From Candidatus Latescibacterota bacterium (lineage in GTDB: Bacteria > Latescibacterota > UBA2968 > UBA8231), in contig CBDBIJ010000029.1 of NCBI GenBank assembly GCA_965205655.1, forward strand, positions 32,001 through 96,000: 64,000 nucleotides of DNA. The letters are read 5' to 3'. The position numbers were made by a program, and so were the translations under genes. Below the pieces are notes generated by a model. It was not told where the DNA came from, made no database searches, and worked only from the letters and a program-made list of their open reading frames with translations. Positions 8,995 through 19,844 of the stretch are shown one piece after another; the stretch's first letter is position 1; each line of letters opens with the position of its first letter.

Positions 8995-11809
8995 CCATCC
9001 GCCAAATCAGTGTCCAGAAACCCAGGGCTTTACAGGTGCTGTTTCCGCTACTGGCCGCCAGCACTACCCTCGGGGACATCGCGGGCGGTTTTCTCGTCAA
9101 GCTTTTGGGGCTGATCCTGGCGTCGTATCAGACCTACGGTCTGTCCGTCATAAACATGATTGTCGTCATCGCCCTGATGAGACCGCTCGTGAGACGGTAT
9201 TTCGTGGCACCGACCGGTGCCGGCGGGGAGGAGGAGGCAGCCAGTCTTCCCGAAAATCTGCGCTACTTCGGCCGCTCCACTTACCTGAAGCTGCTCTTTG
9301 TACTCTCCATCGCGATTTTCGCCCTCTACACGGCCATCCATTACGCTTTCAACGTCATCGCCCGGCAACACTACGCCTCGGAAGGGGACATCACCGCCTT
9401 CTTCGGGTTGTTCTTCGGCTTCGCGGGCGTCGCCACCCTCGTAGTAACGACCATGGCGCTGCGGCATATCCTGCGCCTGCTCGGGGCCGGTAACGTCTAC
9501 GCCTGGGTTTGTGTCGTTCACCTGGCCATCGCCGCCGTCCTGATGTCGGTGTTTCGCGACATCCTGCCGCTGCCGGTGGTGGGGGCCATTTTCGCCCTCA
9601 ACATTCTCAACTACGTCCTCCTCGACAGCGTCATCGCTCCGACCTATCAGGTGCTCATCAAGCTCGTTCCGCAACGTAACAGCGACGGCACGCGCATGAT
9701 CATGGAAGGGTGGGTTCATGCTCGTAGGAGGGCTTCTTGGGGCGGCGGTTACGGCGCTGCACGCCCGCGATTTTCTCACCATGGAGCAGTTCTTCGCCGT
9801 CCTCGCAGGAGTCAGCGCGCTGATGGTCATCGCCGGCTGGCGGCTCAAACGCAGCTACACGGAGGTTCTCGTACGAGCCGTGCGCGAGCAAAACTTCGCT
9901 GTAGATGACGAACAGGCCATGCAGTCGATGAAGGAGGTAATCGGTCGCTCGCCTGAATTTCCCCGAGGGCTGCTACTGCACAGCGATGACGGCGTACGGG
10001 AGATGGGGATAGAGATCCTGCGACAGAACGCGGAGGTGGCCGCCGGCGTTTGTCTGCCTCTCGCATCTCACGAAAATCCGAGAATACGGAGCGCCGCCCT
10101 CGATGCCTTGAGCGGCGCCAGGGCCGACGAGGAGTCGCTGGCGCCGGTGCTACCGCTGTTCGACGATGACGACGGGAGGTTCGACTGAGCGCGGCGCGGC
10201 TGGTGGGGCGCGCCATAGAGAGGACGGCTGACCCTGGCTCCGTTCACAGCAACGGTCCGCTGGCTGGCGATTTGCGGCGCCGGGTCATTGACGCCGTAGC
10301 ACCAAGACTCCTGCCGGACGCCGAGAATGCAGCCCTGCAGGCCGAGTTTCTTTTTATCCTGGAAAAATTGAGCGACGAGAATACGATAGCGGCTCGGGAG
10401 ATCATGCTGCGGGATCTCCTGGACAGCGAGGATGCTCAGGAGATCACCGCGGGCATCCAGGCGGCGACTCGTATGTCGGAGGCTGGAAGTCATCCGCAGG
10501 TGTTCGACCACCTCGAACACCCGCATCCTGGCGTGCGCGAAGCGGCCGTTCACGGGGTGGAGATCCTCGGGCACCCGGATATTTTCGAAGCGTTGCTACG
10601 CCTGCTCGGGGATCCCGATCCAGATGTGGTCGAGGCGGCTGTCGGCGCCCTGGCGCGGACATCTTCGAGCGATCATCGCGAACTCATGTTCGGAGCGCTG
10701 CGCTCGAGGCCCGTCAAAGAATGGGAAGGCCTGGTGGCGGCCCTCGCTCAGCAGGAGGATGACGCCGTCATGTCGCAGCTTCTGGAGTCGTGCAGGCAGC
10801 GGTTGCGAGAGGCGAACAGCTACATCGTCGTCGACGCAACTGCCAGATCGCAGTTCCCCGGATCCGCTACCGAGCTGCTCGGCGATCAGCTACAGCTCGA
10901 GTGCCGACGGGTGCAGAACGGGGTGATTCGGCTCTTGGGCCACCTCGGCGACGTCGATGTCGTCCTCGACCTCGTGGAGAGACTCAGCGAGGAGAATCTT
11001 GCAGCTCGGGAGAATGCGATAGAGCTTCTGGAAAACATCGGCGATCGCTCCCTTATGGAAATGCTGCTGCCGTTGCTCACCGACGACGAGGAGGAGCGAC
11101 TGACGCGGGCGAGGGAGATCAGCGGATTCGAGAGTCTGGCCCCGGACACAGCACTTGAATTCGCCCTGAATTCAACAGATACCTGGACTCAGATGGCCGC
11201 CGCGTGGGCGGCGGTCTCGGCGGACAGGGGATCGCTTCTCGAGCAGTTGCCGTCGCAAGTGGAGGGGCCGGTACAGGAAATCACCGAGCTGCTCCGAGTG
11301 AAAGGTGAAAGAGAGATAACAATGACCGAAGACCAACCACTGACGAGTATGGAGAAGATAACATTCCTGAAGGAGTCGCCGTTCTTCGCGGCACTGCCCC
11401 TCGAAGAGCTCTACTACATCGCTCTGTCGGTGCAGGAAGAGACCGTCAAACAAGGCACGACGGTGATCAAGCAGGGGACACTGGGCGACAAGATGTACAT
11501 CGTTGTGAGAGGCCAGCTGGAGGTTCGGGTTTTCGGGGAGGACGACACAGAGGGTCAGCAGGTTGCCGTCACCGGCGAAAAGCAGGTTTTCGGGGACATG
11601 GCACTGCTGGATGACGAGCCCCGCTCGGCCTCCGTCATCGCCCTCGAGGACTCTCGTCTGCTATCGCTGCAGCGGGGCGATCTCGAGCGCATCCTGAGAC
11701 GTTACTCTTCAATCGCCTTCAGCATGATGCGCATCCTATCGAGTCGCTTGCGAGAAAGCATGGCGGCGTGAGATGGCGCAGCGACTGGTCGCCGGCGAGG
11801 ACGACTCAA

Positions 11810-11838
11810 CTAGTGCCGTGTCCGTGACACGGCACTAG
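11810..11838. repeat. 29-bp palindrome CTAG-TGCCGTGTC-cgt-GACACGGCA-CTAG, probable IS630-end relic
   Basis: Perfect 13-bp stem with CTAG at both ends; TAGTG...CACTA termini match the IS630 ends in this window. Confidence 0.6.
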
Positions 11839-13223
11839 TCATTGTCAGCAGGTCGGGCTCGGCCAGCTTTTCGAAGAGCATGCAATATCCCCTCTGTCCT
11901 CGTTCGAAACTGCTGAGGCGAAAGAACTCATCCGGGGAGTGAGCGTTTTCGTCTTCGAGCGCAAAGGCGAAAACCACCGTGTAGACATCGAGCAGGTCGA
12001 GAAACAGACTGCACACCGGCAGCGTTCCTCCCAGCTTCGCGTAGTAGGGGGGATATCCGTACAGATCCTCCAGTACGGCGTGGGCGGCGCGGTTCCCCGG
12101 ATGATCGGCCGGCATGACATACGCTGTGGCAGCAGCCGGTTCGGGTCTGGCACTCACGTGCACGCCCGGGGGCGTGTGCGTCTCGATATGCGCCCTCACC
12201 AGAGACAGTATGCTCTCGGGTTCCTGGTCCGGCACGAGTCGGCAGGTGATCTTGCCGTGCGCCTCACTGGGAATCACAGTCTTTGTGCCCTCTCCCTGAA
12301 AGCCACCCCATATACCGTTGACTTCGAGCGTCGGCCGCACCCATGAACGTTCAAACGTGCTGTAGCCCGGTTCGCCGAACAACTCCTTCACGCCCAGCTG
12401 CTTTTTGAACGTCACCTCGTCATACGGGACCGCATCGATCAATGCGCGCTCGCCGGCGGTGAGCGGCGTCACGTTGTCGTAGAACCCGTCCACGAGGACC
12501 CTGCCATCGGCACTGTGCATCGAGCTCAACACGTCCGCCAGTGCGTGGATCGGGTTCTGGACCGCGCCGCCGTAGATGCCCGAGTGCAGGTCCATGCCCG
12601 GGCCCGTCACATCGACCTGCATGGCGCACAGCCCCTTAAAACCGATGAGGAGGGAGGGGCGCTCTTCGCTGCTCTGCGTACCATCGGCACTCAGCACGAG
12701 GTCACAGGTCAACCGAGAGCGCTGCTCGCGTATCAGTGTTTCCATATTCGGACTGCCGATTTCCTCCTCCCCCTCGAACAGGAGCTTCACGTTGATCGGC
12801 AGCGACCCCTGTGCCTCGAGCATCGCCTCGAGGGCGAGAATGGGGATGAGCATGTTGCCCTTGTCGTCTGACGAGCCGCGGGCGTAGACCCGCTCATCGC
12901 GGATGGTCGGCTCGAAGGGGGGATTCGTCCACAGGTGCTCCGGGTCGACTGGCTGGGTATCGAAATGCCCGTAGATGAGCACGGTCGGCTTTCCCGGCGC
13001 GCCGAGCCATTCACCGTAGACGGACGGATGTCCCCCCGTCTCGAGGGTCTCGACGTTGTCCATCCCCGCCGAGCGCAGGCGCCCGGCTACCCACTCTGCC
13101 GCGCACCTCACGTCGCCGGCGTGCTCGGACAGCGACGAGACGCTGGGAATGCTGAGGAACTGGGATCATCTCGTCTACAAAGCGCCTGCGGCTCTGCTCC
13201 AGACAGGCCTGCCATGCGGGCAT
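11810..13223 (-). CDS. M20 family dipeptidase (one frameshift near 13165)
   Basis: IPSVS, YGHFDTQP, ARGSSDDKG, EGEEEIGS, DLHSG, HSPDE; N-terminus MPAWQACLEQ lies in another frame. Confidence 0.9.
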
Positions 13224-13239
13224 CGTCTTCTCCTATCAA

Positions 13240-14094
13240 TCATTCGCTCGCCGCAGCGACTCGCAGCATGGTGAGGTTTTCGATATCGTCCTGCAAATCT
13301 TCATCCTTCGGTGTCTCGATGACCATCGGGATGTCTTCTAGGCGTGAATCGTTGACGACGTTGTCGAAGCCATCGCGACCGATCTGTCCCCGTCCGATGT
13401 GTTCGTGTCGGTCGACGCGGGAACCGAGCTCTCGCACGCTGTCGTTGAGGTGCATGGATCGCGAGTCTGTCGAAACCGACGACGTCGTCGAATGCTTTCA
13501 TGGTCCCTTCGTACTCACCGGGCTCGATGACGGGGTAACCGGCGGCGAAAATGTGACAGGTGTCGAGGCAGACGCCCATCTGTGCCTCGTTGTCGACGCC
13601 GTCGATGATGTGAGCGAGCTGTTCGAAGGTGTAGCCGAGGTTGCTGCCCTGTCCCGCAGTCGCCTCGAGGCACAGTGTCACGTCGTTGTCAGGAAGCTCA
13701 TCGAAAACCCGGTTCAGGTTTTGCGGCGATTCTGTCCAATCCGACAGCCTCTCCCGATCCCACATGGGACCCTGGATGAAAGACGAGATTCGGAATGCGC
13801 AGGCGATTGCAGCGCCTCACCTCCTCCTCGAAGGAGTTGCAGGACTTTTCACTCAGAGCGGTGTCCGGAGAGGCGAGGTTTATGAGATAGCTGTCTGTGT
13901 GAGCAGACGACGGAGATCCCCGTCTCTTCCTGCTGCTTGAAGTACTCGTCGATTTCCCCGCTGGACAGTTTCTTGGCGCGCCATTGATTGTTCGATTTGT
14001 TGAATATCTGCACCACATCGCAGGTCGCTTTCTGGGCCCGTGTTATGGCGTTGAAGAGGCCACCGGCAATCGATTCGTGGGCTCCGAACAGCAT
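13240..14094 (-). CDS. nfo: endonuclease IV (several frameshifts)
   Basis: [38 protein letters not shown]...DRHEHIG, ETP, spread across frames. Confidence 0.9.
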
Positions 14095-14099
14095 CGGTA

Positions 14100-14554
14100 C
14101 TATACCGGTTTGACCACGACGAGCACGACGATGACGATCATCAGCACCGTGGGAACTTCATTGAATAGCCGGTAAAACCGCTCGCTCCTCTCGTTTTCTC
14201 CCCGCTCGAACTGCTTGCGGAACTTTGCCATCATGGCCGTGGGCGGCGCCGAGGCCGAGGACGAACAACAGCTTGCGTGCATCCAGTGAGCCCGTGCCGG
14301 GCGCTCCTGCCTTGGTGACGATGATGAGGAGGATGCCCAGTCGCGAAAACGACGACACCCGAAGGATTGATGATCACCCGCAGCAATCGCCGCTCCATGA
14401 CCTCAAACTTCTGCGCCGCCTCGGACTCGAATCCCACCTGGCAGTGATAGACGAACAGCCGCGGCAGATACAGCAGGCCGGCCATCCAGGTGATGACGAA
14501 AATGACGTGGACGGCCTTCAACCAGAGGTACTGATCGACCAGAAATTCGCTCAT
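14100..14554 (-). CDS. hemJ: protoporphyrinogen oxidase HemJ (frameshifted)
   Basis: YLWLKAVHVI...WMAGLLYLPRLFVYH, MERRL...INP, HAKL, RLFNEVP...VVKP. Confidence 0.9.
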
Positions 14555-17424
14555 TCTAATTCTCGTCCTTCCGGATTGCCAGGCGGCATTTGCTCGTAGT
14601 AGACCCTGTGAGCGGGATAGGCCAGCGCTATGCCCTCCCGTCGCAAATGGTCGAGCACGCGCCGCGGACAATGGTGTTTCGCGCCTTCGCCGGCGAAACA
14701 TGGCGTGGGATGATGTAGTAGCGGATTTCGTACTCCACACCCATAGAGGTGGTGCCGTTGACCCGGACCTTCGCCGCGGGCTCTGCGAGTGGTCCCTCAT
14801 CAGTGCCGGAAACCGCGTCGAGGGCTTTTCTCATTTCCCCGACAACGCGCTCTGAATCGAAGGTGTAATCGGCGTAGAAGAGAAGCTCGAAACGACTGAC
14901 CTCGTCAGGCTTCATGAAGTTCGTTACCGTCTTCTCGGCGATGACGCTGTTCGGGATGACGACGACGCAGTTTGCGGTGGTCTCGAGTCGCGTGGTGCGC
15001 CAGTTGATATCGACGACTCGCCCCGATGACGCTTTCTTCGGGGAGGGGGGTGCGGCCGTGAACCATGATCCAGTCGCCGATGCGGAACGGGCGCTCGAGG
15101 TTGAGAGCGATGCCTGAGAATATGTTCGAGATGTTGATCTGGACCGCCAGGCCGATGATCATGGCGATGACTCCGGACGTGGCCAGCAGGCTGGTCAGTT
15201 TCTGATCGAACACGAACCCGACGATGCCGAAAATCGCCAGAAGGTAGATGGCCACTACCACGAAGCGCTTGAGAATGGTGGGGATGCTCTGTCCGGTGCG
15301 GCGTTCGAGGGGCTGCCAGACGAAACGGCGGACGGCGATGACGACGAGAAAGGCGGGCGCCATCCACCATAGGATGTCGAATATGCGGGTGAAAATGCCC
15401 ATGTGAAAGGCGCCGAGGCGAGCCGACAGCCAGTTTCCCAGCAGCGTCTCCGCGGTTGCCAACACGGCGAGAAAGAAAACGGTCTGCACCACCCAGAGCG
15501 ACTTGGCGAAACGGTGGAAGGTGGGAGCACGCGATGCCACAGCGAGCAGGAGGGAAATCAGCAGGCCGACGACGAGCACAGCGGCGGCGCGATCGCCGCC
15601 GACAAGCCCGCGCAAGCTGAAGGCGCTCTTCTCGATGAAGATTCCGACGTTGAACCTGGAGAACTCGCGCTGCGCCGAGCTGTCGAGGTAGTCGGGATGT
15701 CCAAGAGCGTGCTCGGCGACAACGTCCTGGAAGAAGACGCGACGACTGACGCGCCAGTCGTACAGCCCTTCCATAGCATCTTCTCCGTCGCTCGTTGAAC
15801 CGAACTCAGGCGACATGCCGGTGAGATCGATGGCATAGACGAGGTTGTTGCGGGTCAACTGCCGATGGCGAAAACTGAGGCCGAGAAAATGTTGCCCGTA
15901 CGGAGGAGCGATGGTGTTTGCCCTGAAGGTTCCCTTGATTCGATAGGCCCGATAGGCCATGCCGTCGCGTGCGGTGTCGGAAACCGGATCGGACAGCAGA
16001 ATGGGCTCGACTGCGTTCTCGAAGACGACATCCTCAGCCTTGAATTCATCGCTATTCCTGAACCAGAGATAGAATTCGAGACTGAAGATGCCCGAGCGCA
16101 GGTCGATATCGGTGATCTGAATCGGCTCGATGCCCGTGTAGACGACATCCGTTCTATACAAACGCTTCCCGTCGACGACGACGAGTCGCTGTAGGTCAAA
16201 TTCGGCCTGCCGAATCGAGAAATCACCGGGGTGGGGATGAACCATCTGCAGCTGCGTCAGCGCCGACACTGTTTGATTGTTGCGATAGACGGCCATGGAG
16301 ATCGGTCGCGGGGCGTCGCCGTTTTCGTCGAAGTAGATCGGTCCGGTAACTCCCTCGACGGCTCTCGCCGGATCGCGCAGGCCGGCCAGGTAGTCCCTGA
16401 TCTTCCGGCGGTCGGCCTCAAGGCTCACCGGCTCAGAGCCGATCCCGCTATGCTCGATGGCATTCACGATCGTCGCGGCGGCGTCGTGCGCGCAGGCCCC
16501 GGGCCAGCCGGCTGATTCGCCGAAGCGGTCGGAGTAGTCCGCCGCGAAGCGATGCACCCGCTCAGAGGCGACGTCGAAGAGCAGTGGCGAAGAGGTGAGG
16601 ATGCCGTCCGTGTAGTAGCCGCTACTGGCCCGCTCCATCGGAAGGGAGGCGAAAGAGCGCGGAAAGGTCTCGTGTGAAAAAGCGTGCGGGGCGATTATCG
16701 GCGCCGCGATTCCAGCGTCCTTCATGAGCGCGACGAGGCGGACACCCTCCGGCAGGTGCGTGGCAAGGAGGATCGGACCCGACTCCTCGTCATCCCGAAT
16801 ATTGGCGACGATCGCGCGCAGCGACTCGTCGAGCTGCGGATCGCCGACGCGGAAGCTCCAGGTGTTTCTGACCGACGCGCCCAGCCGCTCCGACGCCTCT
16901 GCGAAAACCGCCGCGATGCCGGCTCCGTAAGGGAGATCTTCGTGAACGACAGTGACCGCATCTCGCCCCAGAATCGCGGCGACGTAGTGCGCCAAGAACC
17001 TGCCCTGGAATTCGTCGTCGAAGATGACTCTGAAATGCCAGTCGTTGCCACGCGTGACATTTACGTTCGAGGACACCGCGGTGACTGCCGGTACCCCGCG
17101 TTGTCGATACACCTCGCCGCCGCTGACTGAGCAGGAACTGTAGAGGTGACCGATGACGGCGAGCACGCCGTCGTCATCGGCGATTTCGGTGGCGCGCAGG
17201 CGGGCGATCCGAGGGTCGTTTTCATCGTCGAATATTTTCAGCGAGATCTCTTTGCCACCGACGCCCCCCGTCTCATTGACCGAAGCGAGCAGCATTTCGA
17301 TTCCCTTGATGATCGCCTGGCCGTCGCCGCCCGTTCCCCCGGCGTAGGCGATTTCGAGAGTATCTTTCGGATAGGCCCGCACCGCGCTGGCCAAGGCGCA
17401 GAGAGCAAGAAGAGCGCGGATCAT
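14551..17424 (-). CDS. fusion of type-1 periplasmic amino-acid-binding domain, pLGIC-like extracellular domain and MscS channel (frameshifts near 15020 and 14660)
   Basis: Signal peptide; LivK-like AVIGHLYSS...EGVTG.I.FD.NGD; ECD VYTGI...DID...F.LEFYLWFR...PPYGQH; MscS IIGLAVQ..ISN.FSG..L..ERPFRIGDWI...INWRTTRL...IPNS; ATGA overlaps at both ends. Confidence 0.8.
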
Positions 17425-18644
17425 GACGGCGGCGGTAGGATCTGTTCCCCTTCGCGCACGCCTGTCTGATTTCCGAGCTTCGTATAGTCTGTTCCAGACC
17501 GGCCGTTCCAGTCCCATACAACCTCCCCGTCCATAATCGTCATCTCACACAACAGTCGCTGCTGTCCGGCCAACGTGCCGCCGAAGGCGTCCATATACCC
17601 GAACTCCCCCTTCACTATATTCAGCAGCGCTATGTCCGCCGCTGCCCCGACGGTGAGGTGGCCGTGCTGAGGCCGGTTGATGACCTTCGCCGCGTTGCTG
17701 GTGGACAGTCGAATCACATCGTTCAGCGGCATGCCCATCACGAGGAACTTCGACATAGTCGTAGCCATGTCGAGCATACCCACGTTCATGCTGCTCGTGT
17801 GCAGGTCGGTGGAGATAGAATCGGGGTACCACCCCTGCTGAACGCACTGCACCGCATTGCGAAAGACGAAACTGCCGGCGCCATGACCGACGTCGAAGAG
17901 GATGCCGCGCTCGCGGGCGTCCCTCAGGTATCGGTAGACGACGCCGTCTTCATCGATACACGGCACCGGGCCTCGATACATGTGGGTGCTGATGTCGCCG
18001 GGCCGCAAGCGCTGACCGACGAGCTCATAGAACGGCCGCTCGGGGAGGAAATACCCGAAGTCAACCATGACCGGCAACGCGGCGAGCTCGCCAGCTTCGA
18101 TAGTGCGGTCCACGGAGACCCACTCAGGGCCGATGAAATGAGCCGTCTTGATGCCGACGACGATATCGGCGTGCTCGCGGGCAGAGTCCGCCGTGACAGC
18201 CGGGTCCATATCGGAGACGTTCTGCTCCGTCGTCTGAGTGGCCATGCCGAGACCGACGATATTTACGAAGGCATAGGTTCGTGTGGCGAACCGATCGATG
18301 ACGCGCTCGCGAAAATCTCCGAGGTTGCGCCATCCAGCCGAGCCGGTATCGACCATAGTCGTGACGCCGCTGCGGAAGCTGAAGCCGTCCGGGAGAATAC
18401 TATTGTCGCCGGCCCAGGCGTCGGCGTTTCCCGGAGTCGCATACATGTGAGTGTGGATATCGACGAGACCAGGCGTCACCAGCAGCCCGGAGACGTCGAT
18501 CGTGCGCGACGCCCCCGAGGCCGGAATGTCGGCTGCGACGCTGGCGACGACACCGTCTTTGACCGCCACATCCATGGCGGCGTCGATACCATTCTCCGGG
18601 TCGATGACGTGTCCTCCTTTCAGGAGGAGGTCGATTCCCGCCAT
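17421..18644 (-). CDS. amidohydrolase/deacetylase family metallohydrolase (dihydroorotase-like)
   Basis: PGLVDIHTH, GVTT.VD.GS, DVGHGAGSF, ISTDLH. Confidence 0.9.
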   Translation of the reverse strand: MAGIDLLLKGGHVIDPENGIDAAMDVAVKDGVVASVAADIPASGASRTIDVSGLLVTPGLVDIHTHMYATPGNADAWAGDNSILPDGFSFRSGVTTMVDTGSAGWRNLGDFRERVIDRFATRTYAFVNIVGLGMATQTTEQNVSDMDPAVTADSAREHADIVVGIKTAHFIGPEWVSVDRTIEAGELAALPVMVDFGYFLPERPFYELVGQRLRPGDISTHMYRGPVPCIDEDGVVYRYLRDARERGILFDVGHGAGSFVFRNAVQCVQQGWYPDSISTDLHTSSMNVGMLDMATTMSKFLVMGMPLNDVIRLSTSNAAKVINRPQHGHLTVGAAADIALLNIVKGEFGYMDAFGGTLAGQQRLLCEMTIMDGEVVWDWNGRSGTDYTKLGNQTGVREGEQILPPPS

Positions 18645-18667
18645 GTCGTTCCTCGCTTCAGGGGGTC

Positions 18668-19810
18668 CTATTCCCCGTTCGGCACGATGGTCGCTTTGAC
18701 GCACTCCATGGCCATAGCGGTTCGCGTTGCCGCGCCGATGCCCGCTTCGGAAAACTCGAAGGCCATCTGCATCCTATTCCACGGATATCTGGTCTCTGCG
18801 CGTCGCAGCATGTCAATACCGAGCGGCATGTCATTCGCGGTTAAGCCCCAGCTGCCGATCAGTAGAAGGTCCTTGGCGCAGATGCGGTGCCAGTTCGTGT
18901 CGATGGAGCCGGCGTCGGTGAACTGTCCCATCTCCAGATAAGTCCCGCCGTCCCGCAGCATCTCGATGCCCTCGGGGCCCGCCGATGGGTGCCCGCTGCA
19001 ATCGACGACGAGGTCTGCGCCGAATCCCCCGACGATTTCACCCACTGCCGCTATTCTGTCGGCCGCGGTCTCGCACGTCTCGATGGAGACGGTGGCCTCG
19101 GCGCCAAACTCGCGACACAGAGCCAGCCGCGGGTCCTCCGGTGCTCCGATGACGATGACCCGACCCGCGCCCATCTCCGCCGCCGCAGCGACCATGAGCA
19201 TGCCGATGGGCCCGGATCCCTGTATGACGACGGTGTCGCCGGCGCGAAACCCGTTCGCCGTCACGGCGCGGTTGAGCGCCCGAATGCAGCACGCCAGCGG
19301 CTCTGACAACGAGCCGAGCATGCAGCTCATATCGTCGGGCAAACGATAGATTTTCGTGGCCGGCAGCATGTCGAGATCGACGTAGACCATCTCGGCCCAG
19401 CCACCCCACAGATGTGGCGGCTTGTCGAACGGGAGGTAGCGGCCGTAGTAGGTGGGCTGCAGGCATTTGTTAGCGTGATCGGGGTAGCGGCGACAGTAGT
19501 GACACTGGCCGCACGGCATGAGCGGCGGCAGCGCCACTTTGCTGCCCACACTCAGCGGCTGGCCGGTGTAGTCCTCGGTCAGGTCCGGGCCCTTGTCGAC
19601 GATGACGCCGGCGACCTCGTGACCGAGAGTAAACGGCCAGGGCAGCGGTTTTGGCCAATGGCCCTTGAGAATGTGGAGATCGGTGCCACACACGCCGCAG
19701 GCCTCGACGCGAATGAGTGCGGCCCTTGAAGGCACGTCAGGGTAGGGGACGGACTGGATCTGCGGCGCAGAGCCGGGACCGTCAAAGGTGGCGACGCGAA
19801 TATTCTTCAT
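18668..19810 (-). CDS. Zn-dependent alcohol dehydrogenase (MDR)
   Basis: CGVCGTD, GHE, CxxCxxC...C, GSGPIG. Confidence 0.92.
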   Translation of the reverse strand: MKNIRVATFDGPGSAPQIQSVPYPDVPSRAALIRVEACGVCGTDLHILKGHWPKPLPWPFTLGHEVAGVIVDKGPDLTEDYTGQPLSVGSKVALPPLMPCGQCHYCRRYPDHANKCLQPTYYGRYLPFDKPPHLWGGWAEMVYVDLDMLPATKIYRLPDDMSCMLGSLSEPLACCIRALNRAVTANGFRAGDTVVIQGSGPIGMLMVAAAAEMGAGRVIVIGAPEDPRLALCREFGAEATVSIETCETAADRIAAVGEIVGGFGADLVVDCSGHPSAGPEGIEMLRDGGTYLEMGQFTDAGSIDTNWHRICAKDLLLIGSWGLTANDMPLGIDMLRRAETRYPWNRMQMAFEFSEAGIGAATRTAMAMECVKATIVPNGE

Positions 19811-19844
19811 TCACAGTGGGAGCGGCAGGGCCTCGCTGCGGCGA

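Larger units (their letters stand above)
7694..9034 (+). mobile_element. IS3-family insertion sequence
   Basis: Imperfect IRs (cccagggttttcttggacac / gtgtccagaaacccaggg); (A)GGTG direct repeat at 7689-7693 and 9034-9038; orfA and orfB present; ends uncertain by about 2 bp. Confidence 0.9.
7244..11771 (+). pseudogene. NTT/MFS-like transporter + HEAT repeats + cyclic-nucleotide-binding domain fusion, interrupted by IS3 and two frameshifts
   Basis: ...YTSRAKV|LFPLL rejoins across the IS; GVDRLP.MY, AK.LFPL; HEAT repeats; C-terminal cNMP motif FGDMALLDDEPRSASV; frameshifts near 9710 and 10180. Confidence 0.85.

Noticed and set aside
8328..9908. 526-aa ORF as a novel protein
   Set aside because: Chimera of an IS3 alternative frame reading into the 3' half of the interrupted transporter.
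13240..14554. Programmed frameshifting in nfo and hemJ
   Set aside because: Multiple shifts per gene with no slippery heptamers; consistent with sequencing indels.
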